Notes under the pieces: generated by a model
What the model was told of the DNA's origin: nothing
What the model saw: only the letters and a program-made list of their open reading frames with translations
Database searches by the model: none
Shown: positions 1 through 13,600 of the stretch, piece after piece
Position numbering within the stretch: position 1 is the stretch's first letter
Layout of the letters: every line of letters starts with the position of its first letter
Made by a program: the position numbers and the translations under genes
Source of the DNA: Eledone cirrhosa
Taxonomy: Eukaryota
Direction: 5' to 3'
NCBI GenBank assembly: GCA_964016885.1
Contig: OZ024741.1
Span: forward strand, 330,088,001 to 330,152,000
Length of the DNA stretch: 64,000 nt

Positions 1-877
1 CCTTTACTAGCAGGGAAAGTGAATGATGACAACGATATATATATATACACACAACAGGCTTTGTACACTTTCCATCCAGCAAATTCCCTCACAAGGCATT
101 GGTCAGCTCAAGACTAGAGTAGTAGACTCTTGCCCAAGGTGCTATGGATTGAGAGGGAACCAAAGACAACATTGTTACAAAACAAACTTCTTAACTACAT
201 TTATCCATTGATGTAATTTCAAAATCCGTTCACAAGATTATCTCTCTAAATTAATATAGTCCACTCCACTTCCACACTGAACAACTCTGTGATAATAATA
301 ACAAACATTTAAAGCCAATTTTCGCCACTGAAGCAGGGATCAGCATTGTAGGACCTTATGACACAGGAATCTTTTGGGGCAATATTTTACAGCCAGATGC
401 CCTTCTTGGTGCCAACACTTTTAGTCACCTTTTACAACACGCAGGGATATGGTGTACCTTTTTTCTAAACTGGATATACAGAGTATCCTCTGGGATAAAG
501 ACAATCAAAAACAAAATGTTTAACAACATTCAATAAAAGAAAAACTGTTCAAGTGAGACCTACCCGTGCTGGTACTAAGTATGAGTTCATATAATTCTTG
601 TTGATTTGAACATACAAGGAATTTCGGCATTGGTGCATTTTTCGAATTAAAGATGCCATCTATGAAATAAATAAAACTATATAAAAAATATTTTAAATAC
701 AATAATAAAGGTTTCTGATTTTGGGACAAGGCCAACAATTTTTGAGGAGGGGAAAGTGGATTATATCAACCTCAGTGCATTACTAGTGCTACTGTATCAA
801 CCGCGTAAGGATGAAAGGCAAAGCTGATCTCGTCGGGATTTGACCTCGGAAAGTAAACGGACGTAATTATATGACAA

Positions 878-1064
878 AGGGCGGTGGATTGGCAGTATCG
901 ATCGGTAGAGGGTCGGACACCATGCCTTGCAGCAAAGAGTTATGGTCTGAGTTCAAATCCCGCCGAGGTTAACTTTGCCTTTCATCCTTACGGGGTCGAT
1001 AAAATAAAGTACCAGTGGTACACTGGAATAATTGCTGGCCTTGTGCCAAAAGCAGAAACAATTA
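878..1064 (+). mobile_element. tRNA-derived SINE, full length, head-to-head with an older copy at about 712-860 on -
   Basis: A box (TGGCAGTATCG) and B box (GAGTTCAAATCCC); central GAGGTTAACTTTGCCTTTCATCC...GGGGTCGATAAAAT..GTACCAG domain (Meta-SINE-like as I recall it); ATGACAAA flanks both ends. Confidence 0.85.
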
Positions 1065-2557
1065 TGACAAAAAGCATGTTGTTCAACGCACTACTGACAC
1101 TGCCAATCCATCACCCTCCGTGGTTGCCATAGTGATTTACACGTTAGTCGCGGTTCTTTTCTTCACCACATATTGAGTCCTGAATTCAATAATATTATTT
1201 ATTAGCATATATATATATATGTGTGTGTGTAAGTTTATACTATCACACCAGTCACTGAGACAGGTGTAATAGCAAATTTTCATTTAATTTTAAGGGTAAT
1301 AAATCGATAGGTTTGGTTAGAATTCTGAAAGTGATATCTATGATTTTTAATAGTGTTTTCAACGTATATAGCCTTTTAAATCGTCGAAAATTACTTGTTT
1401 CTGTGGTTCCCTCGCCCGAGAGAATTACAACACCCGTATCCGAGATGGGTGTAACAATAAACATAATCGCGCACGAGCGAACCCTAATGTGGATATACGA
1501 AATCAATACGATGAGTTTGACAAGATATTTTAAGTCTTCTTATTTCGAACACTAATGTCAATGATTCAGAAAATGAGGTGTTGTAGCATTCATGCCATTT
1601 CGATTTAGCAAAATAAAGTGGGGAAATGGAAGAAAGTCGAATTTCAGAGTCGGCTAACACAGCTTAAATTCCATTTAAACACACGCTGCATGCAATATTG
1701 GAACATAGATCACACTAGTTCAACTTCTTGGGCTTTTATAACTAAGCATTTGTATCTTCATTGCTAAGCCTATATATATCTTATATATATATATATATAT
1801 GACTAAATTATATTCAAATTTCAGCCATATATCTTACCGTATATAATAGTGAGACACTGAAAAACAATCAACTGACCTTGTAAAGACAACCAAAACATTC
1901 AACTCTCTCAGTCTCTGAGCGGAAGTGGATTTTTTAACAATTTCGCAGCAACTGAAATTGCTAACGATCACAAAATATATTATTTATATATCTATTTAAT
2001 TAATTTAAACGTCCGTATAGATCTAGTAAACCATGACAGACTATTTAATCTGTTTATTAGATCTATACGAACGTTCAAATTGATTAAATAAATAAACAAA
2101 ATATATTTAGTTGGTTGTTGTTTAGCCCAAACCCTAACCCTGATCAAGCATATCATTATCTATAATAAAATACGTTCCAGTCGTGCCTATCACGTCTTTT
2201 TGTAGAGCTAAATATCTAATACAATAAAATGAAAGCAATCAATCGCCGCCGCGGTTTAAATAAAGGTTTCGATTCTCACCAAAGACGTTTTCTCTTAGCC
2301 GACTTTTATTTTCAATGATAAAAGTGTAACGGAATATTATGTGTGGTTGTAACGACAAGTGGATGGATGGATGTAACTGTTGGTATGGTGGTTTCAGTGT
2401 AAATAAAAATACCAGGAGTGTTGTTACAAAGTTTATTTTATTACAACAATATTCAATTTGAATATTGAATGATAAAATAATTGACACAAAATATTCATAC
2501 AATAATTTGGTGGCTCTTCGAGCCACGTAAATTCAAATATCACAGAATACGATTATA

Positions 2558-3117
2558 TGTGTAAACAGAAATGAATGGTGCGTGTACAAATATTGGACTC
2601 ACTATGAATTGCGTGTGTGCGGCATATCAGTATATTTACTTATTTGTATTGTAGGAGTCAGCGATCAGCCAGGAAGGTGAGAATAAGTGGTAGACTGGTT
2701 TTCGTGACGAGAGCCTGTAAATGAGACTCGTCTTGTCTGTATCCACTGCTTTTCTGTTTTTGGCGTAAACAATCCCTCTATTTATAAGAGTTAAAGTTAG
2801 AAGGATAGATATATCCTCTGAACTTTGGTTAGTCTCCCAAGGGATTAGTTTGCCAAGCGTAAACAAGTCAGAAAGATGGATATATCCTCTGACCTATTTT
2901 CTGTCAGGCGTAAACACCTCTGACCTGTGTTTAGCCTCTCCTGAGGGGTTAGTCTCCTGAGCGTAAACAAATTACCACGGCTTGTCCCAGAGGCGGGAAA
3001 GCTCAGATTCGGTTTCGAATCTTCGCCGCCGTTATAAAAGTATTGTGTCTGAAGGAACTTATCCACTTGTGTTGATGATATAAGTGATTTTATGACTTTC
3101 CTGTAAGCATTGTGTCA
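2558..3117 (-). mobile_element. Probable solo LTR
   Basis: TG...CA termini flanked by TTATA on both sides; internal duplicated motifs (GATATATCCTCTGA twice, GCGTAAACA repeats); TATAAATA on the - strand near 2780. Confidence 0.45.
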
Positions 3118-3138
3118 TTATATATGTTATTATAAACG

Positions 3139-3625
3139 AAGGAGAGGCGGTTTTCCTTTGTGTGATAGCTATGGCGAAAGAGGTTGTATGGTGGACAAGG
3201 TTGAAAGGGCTGAGGTCAGACACCTTTCTCTCCGGCCAACAACTGATTCTTTTTTTCAAATACCACTTTGGAAGAAGAATCAGGATGGAGAGAGAGGTGC
3301 TGTACCCCAGCAAGTTTTATGAAAGGTGGGTGAAAGTGGCGAGAATGGCCCGAGTGAATGGGCCTTCTCTCTATATCAGCCTGTAGGTTGAGGAAAAGGA
3401 GGAGGAGAGGAAAGGAGTACAAGCTCTTCGTACTCCTGGAGATGAGGGTTGCACATTTTTTTCGGGGGTCTGTGTTACCCATATAAACTGTCTCCCTCTA
3501 TTGGGGAAAATCGACTAACTTTTAAATTCCATCTGTGATAACATTTTACACGTTTTTATTGTATGTAAACTTCCCCCTTTGTATTTGTCCCCTTCTTTTG
3601 TGCCCCTGTGGCTAATAAAGAAATA
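3139..3625 (+). mobile_element. 5'-truncated L1/Tx1-group LINE (ORF2 C-terminus plus 3'UTR)
   Basis: 20-bp direct repeat TATATATGTTATTATAAACG at 3119-3138 and 3626-3645; AATAAA at the 3' end; peptide AMAKEVVWWTRLKG...ERWVK resembles the L1/Tx1 ORF2 C-terminal K-x-x-(I/V)-W-x-x-R segment. Confidence 0.7.
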
Positions 3626-4591
3626 TATATATGTTATTATAAACGTGAATAAATATATTATTAGTGTGTCTGTTCTACATCACTTTGTATTTATGGGTCT
3701 GTAACTTCTGGTTGATTCATAGAGGTGCAGTAGTTACATTCAGTATGTCTTAGGCATTTTAAACTTGGCGGAGCCCATCTCTCGCTCAAAGGTCACACGG
3801 ACGGCTTCTTCTAGAGAAGGAGAAACAGAGAGTGAGAGAGAGAGAAAGAAATACAGAGAAAAGATCAACTCCGTTGTTAAAATTGACCTCAGCAGGATTT
3901 TTACTCAGTTCTCAGAGAACCAGAACGCCGCCTCTAATTTCGGTTCTTTATATATCGCTAGACTAGTTGATGTCGCTAATTACGATACGATGTTGATCTA
4001 CCTGGGTTATTTTGGCAATAGATTTCGTATTCAATAAATTTACAGTAGAATAACATAACAAATATGTTTTAAATATATACATAAATAACATTACACATGC
4101 TTAGATATATCTTTCTGAAAGAATCGCGAGCTATTTATAATGTTGTCTAAGCATTTGTAATGTTATTTATGTATATATTTAAAACATATTTGTTATGTTA
4201 TTCTACTGTAAATTTATTTATATGCTCTGTTTATATTTTCATTCTGAAAGAATTGCGAACGATTTGTAATGTATTTATGAAATAAAGTTTATATATATAC
4301 ACTTTCATTAATTAATCTTTTAGTTAATTTCCTAATTTTCTTTATTTTCTTTTTTGAGGAATAATAATTTTTATTTTATATTAAAAAATAATCCTTATTA
4401 CTTTTCTATGAATATAATAATTGTTTCTACTTTAGGCACAAGGCCAGCAATTACCCAGTTCATTATAATAATATAATACTTACAGAATGAAAATATTCTT
4501 AAAAACAAAGAACAATAAATAAAACAACAAAACATGTAAATTGTATGTAGCAGACGATAGTTTGACTATTTACTGCGGGACATATTTAAAA

Positions 4592-4612
4592 CGGAAGTTG
4601 TGGGAGTTGTTG
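4592..4612 (+). promoter_or_regulatory. COMMD4 proximal promoter/5'UTR: ETS site and ZNF143/THAP11-like motif
   Basis: CGGAAGT followed directly by TGGGAGTTGTTG (cf. TGGGARTTGTAGT), about 20-40 nt before the ATG. Confidence 0.45.
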
Positions 4613-4632
4613 ATTCCAGACTAACTTAAAAC

Positions 4633-4635
4633 ATG
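4633..4635 (+). CDS. COMMD4: COMMD4 exon 1 (ATG only)
   Basis: aaaacATG|gtgagt strong donor; phase 0 joins KFRFCG; ETS motif just upstream. Confidence 0.8.
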
Positions 4636-7600
4636 GTGAGTGTATTCCTCCCATTCAGAATTATACGTATTTTTGTATAGATTTGACCGTTTTCTTTTGG
4701 ATATGTCTATTTACAGATATGAAACCTCATTCGGTCTATATATCCGTCTGCTTCGTTCATTATAATTCTATTTTCAACTTACACGTAATAGAAACATTAG
4801 ATTGTCAGAATTGTCCTTTACAAATTACGCTGTTTTTTTTTATGTATAAAACTCACATTTTTACTCCATGTCAAAAACTTCCTGCGTCTTATATACCGAA
4901 GCAAGGCGGGGTTCTTCGGCCAGTATTGGGCTTTGATAACCTGAACCGCCGAATCTACGTCAGTGTGGAAAGCGGACATAAAATGATGATGGACCGTTTG
5001 ACAGTGAGTTTGAGTGGTTAGCATTTGAGGCTATTAAGTAAGAAATTATGAACATAATCATCATCATTGTTTAACATCCGCATTCCATGTCAGCAAGGAT
5101 TTGACGGGTTGTCACAGACTTTGTTGATATTTAATTGGAGCTACGGCGACTCTGCATCTTGCTTACAATACGTTCCCACAGCGATAGCGAGAACATTAGG
5201 TCATTAAATATGAAATGTCCGATTTCCTTAAGCACTAAGTTTGAGAGTCACTATCTCTAACATTTCACCTCGAGAGTTCTTGGTTTTGTTTCATTGTGGA
5301 GGTACATAATCGGTTTTTCAAATGAATGTTTTGGTTTGTGATTGTCTTTTGAATTGTTTTTTTCAGATCAATTTTTGTGAACCCATGGATATGTAAAAAA
5401 TTTCGTATTGTTTTTTAATATGAGTTTCGTCGTTAAACCAATGCATCAAAAACGGCCCAAAACATCAGCGAGGTGTTTGGCAAGGATGCAGCTGTTTGAG
5501 AAGTCCCTCTCTGGCGACTTTTATCTTGAAAATAAGACATGTGAGAGACCTGTGACCAAGGTGGATAATGGTGAGCTGAAAACTAGTGGAAGCAGATACA
5601 TCTGAAACTAAGCGTGAATTAGTGGCAAGGTTTCACGTTACTATTCTAACAATATTGGTCCATTTGAAACAAATCAGCAAGGTAAAGAAGCTGGACCAAT
5701 GGGTTCCACACGAATTGAATGAGCATCAGAAGAAAACTCTTTGCTGTCACAGCATAAAGGCAAATCATTTTTGTATTGTATTGTTGCATGTGATGAAAAA
5801 TGGATTCTTTTCAACAATCACAAGTGTTCGGCATGATGGCTAGATAAAGATGAAGTGCTGAAACACAGTCCAAAACAGAATATTCATTAAAAAAGCTAAT
5901 GTTGCCTGTTTGGTGGTCCAGCACTGGCATCATCCACTACAGCTTTGTGAAATCTGGCCAATCGATTACAGCAGATGTATACTGCAACAAATTGGATGAA
6001 ATAAGGTAGCTTGCAATTAAATAGTCAAAATCAGTCTATGGCCAATCCAAGACATCACTTGACGACATGTCATACAAACAACACTGCTTAACCTACAGGA
6101 GCTGGACTTAGAAACACTGTCACCCACCATATTCACCAGACCTTTCACCAACTGACTATCACATTTTCCAGGCCTTGGACCACTTCTTGCAAGGAAAAAC
6201 ATTTAATTCTCAAGAAGCTGCATAAACAAATTACCGTTAAGACAGCAAAAGTGTGTTGATAGTTTAGGTGCATACTTTGATTAATTGCACTGCTTCTTTT
6301 TGGAGATAAAATAAACTAAACTTCCAATTCAAAATCAGACATTTCATACTTAATGCACAAAACTGAGGTAGGTGCCATGACTAGTAAACTCTGAATTTGA
6401 GAACCATTTGTAATGGCTATTTTTAATATTTTAAGGGTGTTTTAAGTCTTTTAACCATCATTTACCATGCAAATGTATGTAGTATTTGACAGAAAATGTA
6501 AACTTATTGCACAAGTTTAAGATTTAAAGTCACACAAGCAGTGATCAACTACACATTGAAATAATTTCCCTAATACTCAAACTTCTTTTTTCCTCAAGAA
6601 ATTCCGATTTTGTGGAGACCTCGACTGCCCAGACTGGGTTTTAGCAGAAATAAACATCCTATCAAAACTGGTGACTATCAAATTATTATTGTTTACCTTT
6701 TTTAATAAATATTTTTATTATTAATTTTCTGTCTAAAGTGATTAGTGAAGGCACATTGCCTATAGATTGGTGAAGACATGTTTCCTATAGATTGGTGAAG
6801 ACATGTTGCCTATGGATTAGTGAAGGCATGTTGCCTAGAGATTGGGGAAGGTATATTGCCTATAGATTGGTATTTTTTTTATCAACATTGAAAGGAGGAA
6901 AGATGAAATTGACCTAGATGGGATTTGAACTCAGAGAGCACAGAGTGGAAATGAATACCACAAAGCATTCTATCTGGAAATTCACTGCCAATTATCAACA
7001 TTACAGCACCCAGTCCACACTGTAATGTGGTTGGTGTTAGGAAGGGCATCCAACCGTAGAACACAAGTCAAATTACAGATCCGCATGAGCAAGATGTAGT
7101 CTTATGACCTGACTTGTCTTATAACGTGACAACCCGTCTAACTCATGCAAATGTGGAAAATGGACATTAAACAGTGATGATGATGATGATAGTACTCTGA
7201 ACTGTCTATGTTGGTAAACCAGACTTCTCTATGGTATCTGTATAAGCTGTGGGAACAAAAGTTAAGGGACTTGCTACAATAAAAGGATAATTCAACTAGT
7301 TCATTGACATCTTAAATACTCAACATGATACAGTTCACATCCTTGTTCCTCTTTCATTTTCTGACATTAACACACTATATAGTGAAGAAACAGACATGAA
7401 ATGTGGCCTATAGCTTGTCTGAGAGGTCCCTAACTCTGATTAAGTACTGGCATGGTCTGTACTTAGGCAGTGAATTGGTGAAGTTGTTAGAACATCAGAT
7501 AGAATGCTTTGCAGTATTCGTTTTGGCTCTCTGCTTTCTGAGTTCAAATCCCGTCAAGGTCAACTTTGCCTTTCATCCATTCAAGCTCAGTAAAGAAGTA

Positions 7601-10600
7601 CCAGTCAAATACTAGAGTCAATTCTTTTTCTGTATCTCTTTCTCATGTTAATTCTATCACTCTCTCTATCATCCTCTGGAAGAAATCTGCGGTATTCAGA
7701 CTTGGAGAGGATTGGATTCCACCAGGTTTAAAAAGTGATCTATTGATAGAAATGCTGTATGTCAATATTGCACCCTACAACTCTCTCAGAAGTTACAGGA
7801 CTATGCATAGTTTGCAGTGACCCATCCAACTGTCATTAGCAAGGAAAATGGATGTTAAATGATGATGAAAAAACCAGAAGGGATGTCCACCACAGTACAT
7901 TTAGTTGCATTAGTTAAATCCTAAGATCTTGACACCTGAGTTTATTTTAAATCTGCCTAATTTCATTTGTTTAACAATGTTAATTATTATCCTTATTTTT
8001 TTGTCTATCTTCAGACATCTATTAAAATGAGGTTATTGTGTGCTCAAGTTATCAACAATATCTTGACTGGAAACATTGATGTAAGTATCTATTATGTTAA
8101 AGCTGATGTTTCTGGGTTGTAAAACATCTGTCACACTGTGGAAAGGGGGTGGTAAAAGTGTGTATGTATATGAGAAAGAGAAATAGAGAGAACAGAAGCG
8201 GTGGTGGTGGCAGGAACACCAACATTTTTTAATTGCATGTCTTAAAAGAAAATGATGTTAAGAGTGTATATGTGTGTGCCAGAGAGAGAGAGAGAAAAGT
8301 TGTGGTAGTATTGGTGCTGCCAAAATTTTTTAAACGTATGCTGTATATTGTTTATCTTCAAATTGTAAATGAGTAAAATATTCCATTTTGGTAGTTTCAG
8401 TTATTTGTTAAATTTATTTCATCTATTTTGTAGTGTTGTATACATGTAATGTGTGCGTGTATATATATATATATACACACACACACACTTCCTTCCTCTC
8501 CTCACTCTCTATCTTTCTATTTCATCTTTTATTTCTCATTCTATCTTCTGATGAAGGACTAGTATCTGAAATGTAAAGACTCGTTTGCTTCTATATCAAG
8601 TGTTAAACTAATATATTTCTTCATTGTACTGTGTTGTTTGCTTAGTTGTTTCCCTTTACTTTTTGCATACATATATATAAGAAAAAAACGAAGTTTCATT
8701 TAAATATTTTCATGGTTCTATTGATTATCAACCTGTTACGTACATTTCACAGATGACTTGCTCACCTAGCTATATATATACGCACAACACAATTAAAACA
8801 TTTAAAATACAATATTGATCTTTAATACTTTCATAACTGATTTCAATTACAACGTGGAATTTACGTGGTCTCAGCTAATAATATATATATAGTGTGTGTG
8901 TGATATTACTGAAATAATGTTATTTTTAATAGAACATAGATTTTGACTTGTTTTACTAATTATTTATTATAAATATTTTGTTACAAAACAATCTAGTATA
9001 GTGTATGAGTTATTGTCTAGGATTTTACTGCTAGTTACCCTGACAAATTGTCAGAGTTGTTCAGGCATCAGATTAAATGCCTGAATATTTGTTCCATCAT
9101 ACAGCACTCTGAGTTCAAATCCTGCCAAGCTCAATTTTCCTTTCATCCTTTCAGGGGGTGATAAATAAAGTACCAGTCCAGGGGTAGTGGTATGGTGGAA
9201 TGGTTTTTAACAGTTGGATGAGATGCTTTCCAATTTCTGATCCTGCTCTGCATTTTGAGTTCAAATCCTTCCACCATCTGCCAAGAGTTGCAACCTGCAG
9301 ATAGTATCAGCAATAGAAACATCCTTTCCTTTTCCTATTTTTCCTTCTTTATACCAAATTGTAATTCATCACTGCCTACCTGTCCATTACTGGGGTTGAT
9401 CCTTCCTCACTCTCTTTCTTTGGAAGTAATCAGTAGTGCTTAAACCTCTTTTTCCCTTCCTCTCTCTCACTCTCACTCTTTCTATCTATCTTTCTCTGGA
9501 AGAAATCAGCTTTGTTTTCAAACCTACTGAAGAGATAGGCTTCACCAGGTATAAAATAATTAAAATATGCCATATATCACAATGGCACTCCTACGACTTC
9601 TATATTTAAAGTGTTTCAATCATTTCAATTCAGTTGCACTTTATTAGGAGTGTGAATAAATATACCATGCCTGTCTGCAGCCAATAATACATTTATCATC
9701 AATGCATGTGTGAGAATACTATGGTATGGTCCTGTAACTCCTGATGGAGTGATAGGAGCACCATATTGACATACAACATTTCTAGGGCATTCTAAGCCTG
9801 ACAGCCCATTCGTCTCCAGATCTGAGTACAGAAGATTTCTTCCAGAGAAGGATAGAGAGTGAAAGAAAGGAAGTGAGAAAGAGATATAAAGGAAGACTCA
9901 ACCCCAGTACTAGATCCTCCTCCTTCTTCTTCTTCTCAAGCTGACTGGCAGAATTCTTAGCATTTATATTCATTACACTGAAATGCCTTCTCAATATTTT
10001 CTTGTTTTTCCTATTATAGTATGAAAAAGTAATGAAAATTACTGCTGATGCAAAATTTGGTGAGTACATATATTATCATTTACCTGTCATACTTCCGGGG
10101 GTTGAGTACATATATTATTAGTTACCTGTCGTACTTCCAGGGTTGAGTACATATATTATTAGTTACCTGTCATACTTCCAGGGTTGAGTATGTATATTAT
10201 ATCATTTACCTGTCATACTTCCAGGTTTGATAAAATGAAATAAGAACCAACCAAGCTAGGTTTTATAAACGCCCTGTTCATAAAACCAAACTTAACGTAT
10301 TCGATAGCCTGTATCTGCATTTGACATTGTTTCTACATTATTATGCATCATCAGTGAGGTTTACAAGATTAAAAGGATAATGCTAAAACGATGCTATATG
10401 TAGATACAGGCTCTGAAATAAATTAAATTAAATATGGTTAGAACCCAGTGCACTCTGTAAGGTAATAGTGCTGGAGTCATGATAAAATGCTTCCAGTCCA
10501 CCTTGTACGGTGGTAGTACTAGAGTCAGGACAAAAACATATCCAGTAAGGTGGTAGTGCCAGTGTCACAATTAAAGTATCCAGTCCATCCTGTAAGGTGA

Positions 10601-13600
10601 TAGTGCTGGAGTCACTACTAAAAGTATCTAGTCCACCCTGTAAGGTGATAGTGCCAGTGTCACAATAAAATCTTCCCAACACATGCTATAAAGTGGTTGG
10701 CATTACAAAAGGCATTGAAGCATAGAAACCAAACCAAAAATGGAATGCAAATGCACAAGCAGAACATAGTCACCTGACCAGTCTGGCCTCAATATATGAC
10801 AACCCATCTAACCCATGAAAGCATGGAAAATAGACGTTAAGCAGTAATGATGATGATGATGTTGTTTACCATATATACTTGAATATAAGTCTATTCCCTT
10901 ATTTTATGTCTAAGAATTGGGCAAAAATCCAAACCCTATTTATAAGCCACAGTTAATCACCACATAAGCCACAGTTAATCACCACATTGTTTCAATGGCA
11001 TATATAAGCTGACCCCACCACCATTTTACCATCAATTTTTTTATTTTTTTATCACCTATTCCTCAGCTTATATTTGAGTATATATGGTAGTTCTTAGAAT
11101 CCTTATCTTAACATATCAGTTATTGAACATATTTTTCTTTTAATGTTTCAGATACTGGTGACATCAAAGCAAGTATTGCTGCTCTGTGTTTCATTATCAA
11201 AAGTGCTGCCAGATGTAATGTTGACAGTGATACTCTTTCTAATGAGCTTCAACAGTTGGGTCTTCCAAAAGGTTGCTAATAACTAACCTACTCATTATAT
11301 TTACTTGTTGTTGTTGATACAAATACTTTTTATAAAGAAACATTAACACAATCTTGGAGTACTAAAGTATCGTGTTGTGTAGTGTGGTGTAATATAATGT
11401 TATATAGTGTTGTATTGTGTAGTATAGTGTGTCTAGTGTACTATAATGTTATATGGTGGGGTGTAGTGTTGTACAGAGTACTATAGGTTATGTAGTGTGG
11501 TGCTGTGAAATATAGTGTTGTCTAATATAATGTAGTATAGGTTGTGTAATATAGTGTATTATAATGTTATATAGTGTTATATAGTATAATGTACTATAGG
11601 TTGTATAGTGTACTCAGAACATATATTAACGTACCTTTATGTTCATTATTAATATCACTATTATATATATATATTTACTTCGACTGCATTCTGTTCTCTT
11701 TCTTTCTTTTCTCACTTTCTCTCTCTTTGCTCATTGTGTCTGTCTATTTAGGACTTAACATCCAAACCATCAAATACATTTTTTTTATTAATGTTTGTAT
11801 ATTCTCTATCACTTCTTCTTGGCTAATCAATATGTCAGGCCTTGTCTATATCTCTTCCTTTCAGTTGCAGTACATTGGTTTGTAGCAAATTTTATCTTAT
11901 TTATAAATAGTCAAAAGATCAATTGTCTTGTCTTGTGTCTATTTGTTACTATAACATGTGCACTGGAGCCAGTTGTATCGATCTTAAAGCTCCAAAACAA
12001 TGTATCTCCAGTGATCATTGTTGAAAGGGGACTGCCTGTGTTTTGTTCGTTTTTCCGTTGTCTTCACCCATATTTTATATATTTATATATGTATATTCCA
12101 GAACATTCTACACCCTTGTGTAAACTGTATGGTGATAATGTAACCAAGTTTCAGGAACAGTTACGCAAGCAAAGTTTACGATGTAAGTTTAACATTTCAG
12201 TTGTTCTCGTTAAGGGACAGGGTGGTGGTGGCTCCTACATCTGACCCTTTATATGGTCAATATAGGGCAGGGATTCTCAAACATTTTACTTGATAGACCC
12301 CTTGTTACAAAGTTTAATTTCTGTTCACCCACAAACAAATTAATAAAATTTAAAATTACAAAACATAATTTACCAATGTTTTAAACAACTTACATGAGAA
12401 AAAATCCGTAAATTATAAATGTAATCATGCAAATGTACCTTTAATGTTGGAATTATTTTTTAATGGGAAGAATAGTTTGGGTGGGTGTAGTTATAAAGGA
12501 TTTTATAAATGCTAAATAAGTAAATTCACCTTGTGTAAATCCCCTAAAGTTGTATTGACCCCTACCAAAGTATTATTCTCCTCTAGGGTGTCTATATGGA
12601 CCACTTTGATAAGCTCTGATGAGGAACATCGTTTTGTTCATTATTTGTTTAACCCAACCCTTTTGTTACTGCATTTCTTATGAAAGATATTGCCTATGTC
12701 TTTTAAGTAAGTTTGAAAATAATGAAATATTTGAAAGATAACTGTTTCATTAGTAAGCTGACATTTGGAACATTACTTGACATTACTTACTGTATATTCC
12801 CAAATATAAGTCAGCCCTATTTTATGTCTGAGAAATGTGCTAAAATCCAAACATTGTTTACATAGGATTTGAAGTTGGTGAAAATTGTAAAAATATTGAC
12901 CCCCAAATATAGGCCGACTACCCTCCCCCTCCTTCTACCATCGATTTTTTGGTCACATTTCCTCTGCTGAGTATATACAGTAAATTAAATTATGAATGAA
13001 GGTTTTAATATAAGTTAAAACATTTTAAAATTAGAAGTTTTGTAACATGAATGATGGCAGCATCTCGCTTTTCCATACTGGCATGGGTTGGACAGGTATT
13101 TGGAGACAGTGTTATATAATCGGTACCCTTTCTTGACTTCAACTCTTTTAGTTGCCTCTCACAACAATGTGGGGATATGATGTCCCTATTCTAAAATCTG
13201 AAATATTTATTCATTTCTATTTCTTTATTTGATTTAGTATCACATATGGACTCAGTTCAGTGGCGAGTTGATTACATTATCAGTTCAAAAGCATTAAAGG
13301 TAAGACATTAAATGTTGTGTGTACATATATAGACCCCCTTTTAGTCATCAATGACTAGAAATTTCCCTTCTGAGGCAGACGTCCTGGAAAGGGGTTTTTA
13401 TGGAAGACCAGTAGTCACTCATGCATACCTATCTCTCCTTTCCACTCCACCAATCTTCAGGGAAAAGGCAAAGGCCAATACAGCTTGGCACCAGTGATGT
13501 GACAACTCTTTTTTCCAGCTGTGTAAACTGGAACAATGTGAAATAGTCTCTTGCTCAGGAACACAACACAACCCTCTATCCACTAAGGCACGTGCCCTCA

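Noticed and set aside
878-965. tRNA gene
   Set aside because: A and B boxes are present, but there is no cloverleaf and the sequence continues into a SINE body with multiple TSD-flanked copies.
2126-2141. Telomere-like AACCCTAACCCT
   Set aside because: Only two units, within a degenerate dispersed repeat.
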